This document shows positions 27,153 to 35,024 of a DNA stretch of 38,104 nt, piece by piece. Both the position numbers and the translations under genes were made by a program. Each line of letters begins with the position of its first letter. The first letter of the stretch is position 1. Source of the stretch: an uncultured Bacilli bacterium (GTDB lineage Bacteria > Bacillota_I > Bacilli_A > RF39 > UBA660); the NCBI GenBank assembly GCA_944372205.1, contig CALVYM010000002.1, positions 1-38,104 on the forward strand, in the 5' to 3' direction. The notes under the pieces are model-generated. The model did not search any database, had not been told where the DNA came from, and was given only the letters and a program-made list of their open reading frames with translations.

Positions 27153-27596
27153 ATGGATTATAATATTGATGATGTAAAAAGTGTATTAAGGGATAATGCA
27201 ATAAAATTTCCAGATAAGAAGATAATTTATAATTTATATTCGGTGTTAAGTAAATTGTATGATAATGATTTAACAAAATATGAAAACGATATATATATTA
27301 TTAATAATAAATTACTAACAGATTATGAAAGATTGGGATTAGAAATTGAAAGTTTATTAAAAAGAGTAAATGAGAACCAAAATAATGCAGTGGTTAGGGA
27401 AATATTAATTTTAATGAAACAAGCTTATGATAAGGGAAAATTATCTTCTAGTTTAATTGCTTATTTTAAAAAGTTGATAACAGAAATTCAAATTATTTTG
27501 GGAGAAGATATTACTTTTTATAGTGTTGCAGAAGAATTGTTTGATGAAAAGATGTTGAAATTAATTAAAGATAATAAAGAATATAAGGAACGTTGA
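27153..27596 (+). CDS. Hypothetical helical protein (147 aa)
   Basis: RBS AAGGAG. The stop is followed 1 nt later by the next ATG. No motif recognised. Confidence 0.55.
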   Translation: MDYNIDDVKSVLRDNAIKFPDKKIIYNLYSVLSKLYDNDLTKYENDIYIINNKLLTDYERLGLEIESLLKRVNENQNNAVVREILILMKQAYDKGKLSSSLIAYFKKLITEIQIILGEDITFYSVAEELFDEKMLKLIKDNKEYKER

Positions 27597-27597
27597 T

Positions 27598-29685
27598 ATG
27601 AATATAGGTGTGTTTAAAAAATATTTATTAGATAAAATAGCGGATTTTTCAGAAAAACTAAAAATAATTGATGAAAGAAATAAATTATATGATGGTTTAG
27701 AAGATATTATTGCGGCTTTAGAAGAAAATATTACAACAATTAGTGATGAAGCTCTTACAACTATAATTCGCTTGGTGGCAAGTGAAGATTTTACTATGTT
27801 CCGAATTAATGAAATAAAGAAAATTTATCCTTATTGGAATTTAATGGATGATGAAAAGAAAAGAGTTATAAGTGATTATATTAAGGCATTTGTTAATAAA
27901 ATAAGAGAAACTCAAGCTAAAAATAGAGAAAATAATAACTCAGAAAAAGAAGCAATTTTAGTCCAAATAAAAACATATGAAGAATATAGTGCACTCATGG
28001 ATGATGAGAGGATAATTAAGCCAATAAGTAGTGATAACTTTGCATCATTTATGGAATTTTTAAATGAAGTAGAATTAGATCATTTAGTTAAACAACAATT
28101 AATACTAGAGTTTTATGATTACAATATTAAGTTTTATAAAAGAGAAGAACAAATTAAGAAAAATATTGTTGTAGATGAAATAAAAACTAAAGCAAGCGTA
28201 ATTGCTAAAGAATTAAGGCAAACTAAAGAAGTTGAAACCCTAGATATCGAAGGGTTATTAGAGCAAATAAGAGTTAATGCTAAAGAAGATGAAGTAGAAG
28301 TAATAAATCAAATAATCGGTATTTATAAGAAGCTAAAAGTTGCTGCGGTTGTTAGTGATAATGAATTAATTAAAGAATATTTAAAAGATAATTTTACTGT
28401 TCAAGACCATATAGATACTTGGAGTTTTGAAAGTGATTTAAAAAGAGCAATGCTTACAGATTTAACTATATATTTAATACCAAATTTTAATACTCATTCA
28501 AAAGAAATCATAGAAATTTTTAAATCTTTAATAACTGTATATGCATCTATTGAAAAAAGTAGTGAAAAAGAAGAAATAATTAAATTAAGTGAAGAAGATA
28601 AAGCTTTTATAGAAGATTCTGAATTTTATGTTTTAAAACAAGCTGAAAGATTTGCAGATTTACCAGAAAAAGAAAAAAATGTTTTAATAAGTATGAATGA
28701 TGCTATACTTAGAGGCAAAAGTGAAGAAGCAAAAATGATTAGTCCAAATTATTCATTGTTAGAAGTAACTTTATATGACAAAATATTAGAATATAATAAA
28801 CAATTATCTTTTTTAAGAGAAGTAATCAATAATGCAGAAGAATATATTTCTTCATTTGGTTTAGAAGATGTGCAAAAAGATATAAATATGTATTTAGAAA
28901 ATTTAAAACAAATAACTTTGGAAATAAAGAAAAATGTTACAGAGTTGCAAGAAGAATTGTATGGTAAAAATACTTTAGAAAATGCTAATAATTCTTTAAA
29001 TAATATAGTAATTTTTCCTTATAACGGGAAAAAGATTTTAGAAGATATGAATGCTATTAGTGTTGAAGATGATTATAAAGAAACATTACCTAGAGTATCT
29101 GCAGCAATAGATAAAATGACTTTAACTGATGCTAATACTCTTTTTGCGATTACAGAAGATATAAAACCTCCGAAATTTTGGGGAAATACAGATAGATTTA
29201 TTCAACAATCATGGGAAAATAATACTATTAGAAGACTACGTAATGGAGATATACGATTTGGTTTTATTACAGTTGGGGTATCTCCAAACAATATGGAATA
29301 TTTAAAAGAAAAATATGGTTATGATAAAAATAATAGAGTTTATTTACTTTATACTTTATTTTATAAGACTGGGGATAATATGGATTATAATAAAGCCAAT
29401 AATGAATTTGTTGTACAATTTGAAGAAATAAATAAGATATTAACTATATTTGGTACAGATTTTGATGAAGAATATTTAAAAGAACTATATAATAATAAAG
29501 CTAAAGATAAACAAATAAAAATAGAATATTTAAAAAGAATGTTTGGTATAAATGAAATTACAGTTGATAGTTTAAGAATGGCTCAACTTAGAGCAATTGA
29601 TGAAATAATAAATAATTCGCAAGATTTAATTGTAAAAATTCAAAGAAATGATGAAGAATTATTAACAAATGGTGGTGGTAGATAA
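27598..29685 (+). CDS. Hypothetical 695-aa protein: long helical/coiled-coil N-terminal region plus C-terminal region with RelE/ParE-like signature
   Basis: Charged heptad-like sequence through about aa 460. Residues ~468-598 read IVIFPYNGKKILEDM...IRRLRNGDIRFGFITVG...NNRVYLLYTLFYKTGD, resembling the RelE/ParE/Gp49 pattern (beta strand - helices - [YF]R[LI]RxGD[YI]Rxx[YF] - VxxLxxxH/Y). Ends GGGR with a TAATG overlap. Confidence 0.55.
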   Translation: MNIGVFKKYLLDKIADFSEKLKIIDERNKLYDGLEDIIAALEENITTISDEALTTIIRLVASEDFTMFRINEIKKIYPYWNLMDDEKKRVISDYIKAFVNKIRETQAKNRENNNSEKEAILVQIKTYEEYSALMDDERIIKPISSDNFASFMEFLNEVELDHLVKQQLILEFYDYNIKFYKREEQIKKNIVVDEIKTKASVIAKELRQTKEVETLDIEGLLEQIRVNAKEDEVEVINQIIGIYKKLKVAAVVSDNELIKEYLKDNFTVQDHIDTWSFESDLKRAMLTDLTIYLIPNFNTHSKEIIEIFKSLITVYASIEKSSEKEEIIKLSEEDKAFIEDSEFYVLKQAERFADLPEKEKNVLISMNDAILRGKSEEAKMISPNYSLLEVTLYDKILEYNKQLSFLREVINNAEEYISSFGLEDVQKDINMYLENLKQITLEIKKNVTELQEELYGKNTLENANNSLNNIVIFPYNGKKILEDMNAISVEDDYKETLPRVSAAIDKMTLTDANTLFAITEDIKPPKFWGNTDRFIQQSWENNTIRRLRNGDIRFGFITVGVSPNNMEYLKEKYGYDKNNRVYLLYTLFYKTGDNMDYNKANNEFVVQFEEINKILTIFGTDFDEEYLKELYNNKAKDKQIKIEYLKRMFGINEITVDSLRMAQLRAIDEIINNSQDLIVKIQRNDEELLTNGGGR

Positions 29686-31421
29686 TGAATGAATTAATAA
29701 CTAGAGCATTTAGAGAAGAAAAACAAGCAATTGAAGAAAAAATTAATACTGCAACTATTTTAGATTTAGAAGTTAAAATAAGTAATTTAAAAGATATTTT
29801 AAACAATCCGCAATCTCTACTTAATTTTAATATGGAAGATATAAAAGATTATATAACGGAATTTGAACATGATAATCTAGAGTATTTAAAACAAGCTTTA
29901 GGTTTAGAATTTTTCTTAATAACTGATAATGAATTAGAAAGAATTAAAAATATAATAAGTAGTGTTTTAGAAAAAATAGAAAAAATATATCAAGAACAAA
30001 AACAAGAAATAGATAAATTACATAAGGAAATAAAGAAACTAGAAAATTTAGAGGAAAGTGTTAGAGAAATATATAATGGCAGTTATATAAGTAGTGAAGA
30101 TTTAAGAATTTTAGTTGAAATATTAAATAAATATATAGATATTTCTGAGGTTAATAAATTAATTGGAGAATTATGTACATTATCAATAATAAATATATCT
30201 AAAGTTGATGAATTAGAATTAGAAGAAATTCCTGAAGATGAATTAGAAATAGCTGAGGAAACTAATATAGATAGTAATTTAGTTGAAGCTTTATTTAGTA
30301 GTTATGGTTATAATATTGATTTAATTAAAGAAGAAACTAGAAATTTATTATATAGATACGGAACTTTAGAGAATATGGATGCAATATTTAAATTGTTAGA
30401 AGATAATAATATATTTGTTAATATTAAGAGATTTCAAAAACAATTTTGTAATATATTAATTCATAGTAATAAAGAAAATGTATCAACAATTATTGAATTA
30501 TTAAAAAGAGATATGATTGTTAATGAATCTAGTGAAACATTAAATGAAGTATTTGAAAATGTTTTATGTGCTCAAGAAATATTTATTAATCGAAAAAGAG
30601 CATTTAAAAGATATAAAAAATCAGGAGGCTCTAGTGGTGGTGGTCAAAATAATGGCGGACGCTATGAAAACTTTGTTATTAATCATGATTATCTAGAATC
30701 TTTAGGGGCTAATGTTTTAAAAATTATTGATAGTTGTGAAGAAGTAATGCGAATGAATCCTAATAGACTTAAAAGATGTGTCAGAGATTTTGATTTTTAT
30801 GGTATTCCTAAGGAATCTTATTTGAATTCTCCAAGTGCTTTTAAAGTTACAACTAATTTAGAGACAATGGATATGTTTATTGAACTTGGAGGTTATGAAT
30901 ATGCTTGTAGTAATCCATCAATGTTAGTTAGAGCTACTAATTCTCCAATGTTTTATCGTTTATATAAGGCTAGAGGGGAAAATGAACAAGTATTTAGAAA
31001 AACTAAAAAGAGCATTTTACTACCAAAAAGAATTACTGTAGAAAGTGAAAAGGGTTATGGAATAGATTTTACTAATGGTAGTGAAGTAGTTAAACAATAT
31101 ATTCCCGAGTTTTCTACAGATTATGGATTATTAATAGAAAAGGATACATTTGATTATAATATGACTAATGCCCTAAATGATGAATTAATTAAGTTTTTAG
31201 AAGAAAATTATAAGATAGATGATTTAAGATATAATTTTAATGGAGTAATTATTTCTAGAAATAAAGTTTTAAGAAATTATGAATTGTTAATTCGTCATGG
31301 CCAAGGTGGTAAATTTGAAGCTTTAATGTATGCCTTAACAAAAAATAGTATTTTAAATGAAGAAGAATTTAATTTAGTATTTGATTGTGCTAAAAAAGTT
31401 TTAGAGAAGAGAGGTAGATAA
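29685..31421 (+). CDS. Hypothetical 578-aa protein: coiled-coil N-terminus, helical ~30-aa repeats, Gly-rich linker, second helical-repeat domain
   Basis: TAATG coupling at both ends. Linker KKSGGSSGGGQNNGG (nt 30621-30659). Repeats of the form LxxLGxxxxxIxxxxxxxxxxNPxxL (YLESLGANVLKIIDSCEEVMRMNPNRL, FYGIPKESYLNSPSAF, ELGGYEYACSNPSML). Confidence 0.55.
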   Translation: MNELITRAFREEKQAIEEKINTATILDLEVKISNLKDILNNPQSLLNFNMEDIKDYITEFEHDNLEYLKQALGLEFFLITDNELERIKNIISSVLEKIEKIYQEQKQEIDKLHKEIKKLENLEESVREIYNGSYISSEDLRILVEILNKYIDISEVNKLIGELCTLSIINISKVDELELEEIPEDELEIAEETNIDSNLVEALFSSYGYNIDLIKEETRNLLYRYGTLENMDAIFKLLEDNNIFVNIKRFQKQFCNILIHSNKENVSTIIELLKRDMIVNESSETLNEVFENVLCAQEIFINRKRAFKRYKKSGGSSGGGQNNGGRYENFVINHDYLESLGANVLKIIDSCEEVMRMNPNRLKRCVRDFDFYGIPKESYLNSPSAFKVTTNLETMDMFIELGGYEYACSNPSMLVRATNSPMFYRLYKARGENEQVFRKTKKSILLPKRITVESEKGYGIDFTNGSEVVKQYIPEFSTDYGLLIEKDTFDYNMTNALNDELIKFLEENYKIDDLRYNFNGVIISRNKVLRNYELLIRHGQGGKFEALMYALTKNSILNEEEFNLVFDCAKKVLEKRGR

Positions 31422-31720
31422 TGTTACAATTTTTAAAAGATATAGGAATAAGTGATATTACTATATTAAAAATGATTAATAATAATTCTGAAGATATATT
31501 ATATGATTTAGAATGTGATCAAGTTAATTGTTTAGAAGTAATAAAGTATTTACAAGAATTAAATATTCAAGTAATTGATGATTTATTAATAAATGAAATT
31601 GGTATGTTTTTTAAAACTAAAGAATATTTAGCTAATAAATTTTCTAAATTTAATATATCTGAAATAGTTGATGATATTAATGATGATTATATAGCTATTG
31701 AATCAGTATTATATGATTGA
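31421..31720 (+). CDS. Hypothetical 99-aa protein with the same type of helical repeat
   Basis: FLKDIGISDITILKMINNNSEDIL and YLQELNIQVIDDLLINEIGMFF. The start overlaps the upstream stop, and the end overlaps the HD gene start. Confidence 0.5.
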   Translation: MLQFLKDIGISDITILKMINNNSEDILYDLECDQVNCLEVIKYLQELNIQVIDDLLINEIGMFFKTKEYLANKFSKFNISEIVDDINDDYIAIESVLYD

Positions 31721-32381
31721 TAAAGTATATAAAGAGGTTGAAAAATTACTTGCTAGTGATAATTCTGGTCATGGAATGGAGCATATAAATAGAGTTGTTA
31801 AATTAGCATGTATTTTTGCAGATAATGAGAGCGCTAATAAAGATATAGTTACTCTAATAGCATTGCTTCATGATGTAGATGATTACAAATTATTTGGGGA
31901 AACAAATTTAGCTAATGCTAAAGAAATCATGATCAAATGTAATATAGATGATAATACTAAAGAAATTATATTAAAAGCTATCTCTACAATTGGTTATAGT
32001 AAAAGACTATCTGGTATTACTCCAGAGTCTATTGAAGCAAAAGTTGTATCAGATGCTGATATGTGTGATGCTCTAGGAGCATCAGGTATTCTTAGAACTT
32101 ATGCTTATAGTAAAGAGCACAATAGACCATTTTTTGATAAAGACACATTCCCTAATCTAAATTTAACTGTTGATGATTATAAGAAGGGTTCTGCTAGTGG
32201 AGTAAATCATATATTTGAAAAAATATTAAGACTTCCAAAAATGATGTTAACAAAGTCTGGTAGAAAAGAAGCCATTAAAAGACAAAAGATAGTAGTAGAT
32301 TTTTTATTTAATTTATTTGAAGAGGAAGATGCTTTAAAATGGCGAACTTTTTTAATAAATTATATTAGAGATAATAATTAG
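31713..32381 (+). CDS. HD-domain metal-dependent phosphohydrolase
   Basis: H...HD...D ligands (GHGMEHINRV, ALLHDVDDYK, VVSDADMCDALG). ATG 31713 overlaps the upstream TGA (ATGATTGA); the track's TTG at 31698 is less likely. Confidence 0.85.
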   Translation: MIDKVYKEVEKLLASDNSGHGMEHINRVVKLACIFADNESANKDIVTLIALLHDVDDYKLFGETNLANAKEIMIKCNIDDNTKEIILKAISTIGYSKRLSGITPESIEAKVVSDADMCDALGASGILRTYAYSKEHNRPFFDKDTFPNLNLTVDDYKKGSASGVNHIFEKILRLPKMMLTKSGRKEAIKRQKIVVDFLFNLFEEEDALKWRTFLINYIRDNN

Positions 32382-32392
32382 AAGGAGCATAT

Positions 32393-32734
32393 ATGAATTT
32401 TAATATAAATAAAGTAAAAATAATTGTTAGTGTACCTACTAAAAATGTTGAAGAAGTTAGAGATGTAATTTGCGATGCTGGAGCAGGAGTAATAGGAAAT
32501 TATACTCATTGCTCTATGAGTACAAAATGTATAGGAACATTTAAACCAAATGAAAAAGCTAATCCTTTTATTGGAAAATCTAATCAGTTAGAATTTGTCC
32601 AAGAAGAAAAATTAGAGGTAATATGTGATGTTGGAAAGGTAAAAGAAGTACTTACAAAATTAAGGAGTGTTCACCCTTACGAAGAACCTGGTATTGATAT
32701 TATACCTTTATTAGATGAAAGTTATTTTGAATAA
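32393..32734 (+). CDS. COG3323/NIF3-insert-like PII-fold small protein
   Basis: VSVPTKNVEEVRDVICDAGAGVIGNYTHCS...GTFKP...ANPFIGK...HPYEEPGIDIIPL matches the conserved pattern of this family. RBS GAAGGAG. Confidence 0.65.
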   Translation: MNFNINKVKIIVSVPTKNVEEVRDVICDAGAGVIGNYTHCSMSTKCIGTFKPNEKANPFIGKSNQLEFVQEEKLEVICDVGKVKEVLTKLRSVHPYEEPGIDIIPLLDESYFE

Positions 32735-32852
32735 TACCTTTAGTATTAGATCTTACCAAGGATTATCTAGGATTTGATAATATTGGCAACTGTGTAGGAG
32801 GGCTATTCATATTTACATAAATAAATATAATTAATTGGAGGTAATTGATAAA

Positions 32853-33392
32853 ATGAATATAGATACATTAGAAAAGGGGACAATCCTTTGTATTGCTAGT
32901 AGACCTGGTTTAGGAAAAACAACATTAGTTATTAATATAGCTAATGATATTGCTAAAAAAAGTGATAAACCAATATTATATTTTAGTTTAGAAAGTTCAA
33001 AAGAACAATTAGAAAAAAGATTAGTAAGTGATTCTATAAAGAAAATTGCAGACGTCTTAACTATTGATGATATAGATTCTATTAGTGAAAAGTATAATCA
33101 AATGAATAATGGATTATCTTTAATTGTAATTGATTATTTGCAATTAATTTTGTTAAAAGATACTCCAAAAGAAAAGGATACTATAGAAAAAATTAAAAGA
33201 ATAAAAGACATTGCAGTAAAATTAGATGTACCAATTATTTTAGTTTCTCAGTTATCTTTGATGAAAGATAGAAAACCTACTATTCTTGATTTACATATTA
33301 ATGAAATTAGTAAGTATTATAAAAAAGTAATATTTTTATATAAAGATGATAATGGTATTATAAAAGAGGTGTATATAAATGAACTTGTTTAA
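32853..33392 (+). CDS. Stand-alone truncated DnaB C-terminal (RecA-like) ATPase domain protein
   Basis: ATG 32853 after GGAGG. Walker A SRPGLGKTT and Walker B LIVIDYLQLI, as in DnaB, plus VPIILVSQLS. It lacks the DnaB N-terminal domain, and the SDLRESGxIEQDAD region is not recognisable. Confidence 0.65.
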   Translation: MNIDTLEKGTILCIASRPGLGKTTLVINIANDIAKKSDKPILYFSLESSKEQLEKRLVSDSIKKIADVLTIDDIDSISEKYNQMNNGLSLIVIDYLQLILLKDTPKEKDTIEKIKRIKDIAVKLDVPIILVSQLSLMKDRKPTILDLHINEISKYYKKVIFLYKDDNGIIKEVYINELV

Positions 33393-34644
33393 TGAATTAA
33401 TTAAATTTAAAAATAGTAAAGAATGGATAGAATTTGCCAAATATTATGAAAAAACTAGTATATTAGAACAAATTGATTTTTTTCGTTTTGAAGATGCTAA
33501 TACTAATTTTTTAGCATCATTATTAAGAGAAAACAATCCTTATAATTTGAAAGATAATCCATTGCATTTATTTTGTGAATTAATCGCTAGCAAGGATATA
33601 GATAAAAAATTTCCATATATTAAAAATTTATGTGTTTCTAATGTTGATTTAGCAAATATAAATGTAATAACTCAAAAAGAATTACCTCGTGGACGAATTG
33701 ATTTAATCATAACATTTACTGCCGAAGGGGAAGATTATCTCATAGCCTTGGAGGCTAAACTTTATAGTTTTGAACATGAACAATGTGATAAGTATAAAGA
33801 AGATATTGATAAAAAATATAAAAATTATAAAAAGGTATATATATATTTAAGTTTAGGTTATGATGAGTTTTTCAAAGGTGAAGAAAATTACTTAAAAATC
33901 ACTTATCAAGATTTAATTGATTATGTATATGAGCCTTGTAGTTATAGGTCAGATAATAATAATTTAGCTCTTACTTTAAATGAATATATTATTGGTTTTT
34001 CTAGTTTATATGGAACAGAAAAAGATATTAATTATATTCCAATAACTAGTGAGGGAAAAAAACTCACAATAGCAGTATGGGATAATAATAAAAACATTAT
34101 TAAAGAATTTTTAGAAAACACTTCAGAAAAAGAATCAAAATCATTTTTTCAAAATTATCAAAAGTTACTGAAAATATTATTTGTTAATTTAACTAAGATG
34201 AATAGTACAGATATTAAAATAGAAAAAGAATATATTAATACATTTGATACTATAAATAGAATTGCTCAAAATATTAAAGAAAGAAATAAATTAAATAATA
34301 GCTATTATACTGATTGTGAGTTTATTTATCAAGTTTTTAAAGATATAATTTCTAAAGTAAAAATAACTGATTATAAACAGTTAGATAAAGTAAATGAACA
34401 TAAATTTATATATTCACCAGAAGAATATGAAAATGCTAAGACTAAAAGCTATCATACTATTGATAAATATGGTAAATTGAGTATTCCAGAAAATTCTAAT
34501 AATTATTACTATTATAGTATTAATAATAGGGTTGATGAGATAGAAGATTTAATAGAATTGATTAAAAATGTTTTGCCGGAATATTATAGTAATCAAAATC
34601 TTGTAAGATTAGATAATATCAATGAATTATTAAAAGGTAAATAA
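33379..34644 (+). CDS. PD-(D/E)xK nuclease-fold protein with unassigned ~200-aa C-terminal region
   Basis: Overlaps the upstream gene by 14 nt. Motif GRIDLIITF...DYLIALEAKLYS...Q gives a D...ExK arrangement. Confidence 0.6.
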   Translation: MNLFNELIKFKNSKEWIEFAKYYEKTSILEQIDFFRFEDANTNFLASLLRENNPYNLKDNPLHLFCELIASKDIDKKFPYIKNLCVSNVDLANINVITQKELPRGRIDLIITFTAEGEDYLIALEAKLYSFEHEQCDKYKEDIDKKYKNYKKVYIYLSLGYDEFFKGEENYLKITYQDLIDYVYEPCSYRSDNNNLALTLNEYIIGFSSLYGTEKDINYIPITSEGKKLTIAVWDNNKNIIKEFLENTSEKESKSFFQNYQKLLKILFVNLTKMNSTDIKIEKEYINTFDTINRIAQNIKERNKLNNSYYTDCEFIYQVFKDIISKVKITDYKQLDKVNEHKFIYSPEEYENAKTKSYHTIDKYGKLSIPENSNNYYYYSINNRVDEIEDLIELIKNVLPEYYSNQNLVRLDNINELLKGK

Positions 34645-34680
34645 TATTATAAAGATTAAATGAATAATTTAAAAATAAAA

Positions 34681-34717
34681 ACTTACAAACTTTTAAAGTT
34701 CGTAAGTTATTTTTTTT
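34681..34717. terminator. Terminator hairpin shared by the nuclease gene and the tRNA remnant
   Basis: ACTTACAAAC / GTTCGTAAGT (one mismatch) with a 7-nt loop. A-rich upstream and a T-run downstream that abuts the tRNA remnant's CCA end. Confidence 0.6.
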
Positions 34718-34718
34718 C

Positions 34719-34764
34719 TGGAGCAAGTGAGCAGAATCGAACTGCCGTCTCAGCCTTGGCAAGG
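34719..34764 (-). other. 3' remnant (46 nt) of tRNA-Gly(GCC): anticodon loop to CCA; putative att site / integration scar
   Basis: The minus strand reads CCTTGCCAAGGCTGAGACGGCAGTTCGATTCTGCTCACTTGCTCCA.
- Anticodon loop TTGCCAA (GCC)
- T-arm GGCAG-TTCGATT-CTGCT
- Acceptor 3' strand CACTTGC, discriminator T, CCA

The upstream 29 nt cannot form a D-arm or the 5' anticodon stem. Confidence 0.7.
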
Positions 34765-34923
34765 TTTTTTCAATATAATTACTATTTGCTCGCTTTCGTT
34801 GTTATTATATCATATATTATGCATTTTTTCTAGTATTATCACTTCATTTTTAATTTGTTTTAATTTTCTTTTTATATTTTATTTTTTCTAAAAATTTAAA
34901 AAAATTTAATGGAATTTATTAAT

Positions 34924-34943
34924 TTGGTACACGATTGGTACAC
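34924..34943 (+). repeat. Direct repeat TTGGTACAC-GA-TTGGTACAC (11-bp period)
   Basis: Read directly from the sequence. It lies about 160 nt inside the putative island end. Confidence 0.6.
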
Positions 34944-35024
34944 AAGAACATTAAGGTTGTGAAGATGTAGTTCTACTTCTTCAACAGTATTTTATAATCA
35001 TCATGAAAGGTGGTTATTTTTTAT

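Noticed and set aside
32748-32762. CTTACCAAGG in the 32735-32852 intergenic region, resembling the CTTGCCAAGG anticodon region of the tRNA-Gly remnant (possible second att copy)
   Set aside because: Only 9 of 10 nt match, with no similarity beyond this on either side. This is consistent with chance.
34719-34793. Possibility that a complete 75-nt tRNA is encoded on the minus strand (GCGAGCA...TCCA)
   Set aside because: The putative 5' half gives only 5 of 7 acceptor pairs, with no D-arm and no anticodon 5' stem (AAACC cannot pair with GGCTG). Only the 3' 46 nt are tRNA-like.
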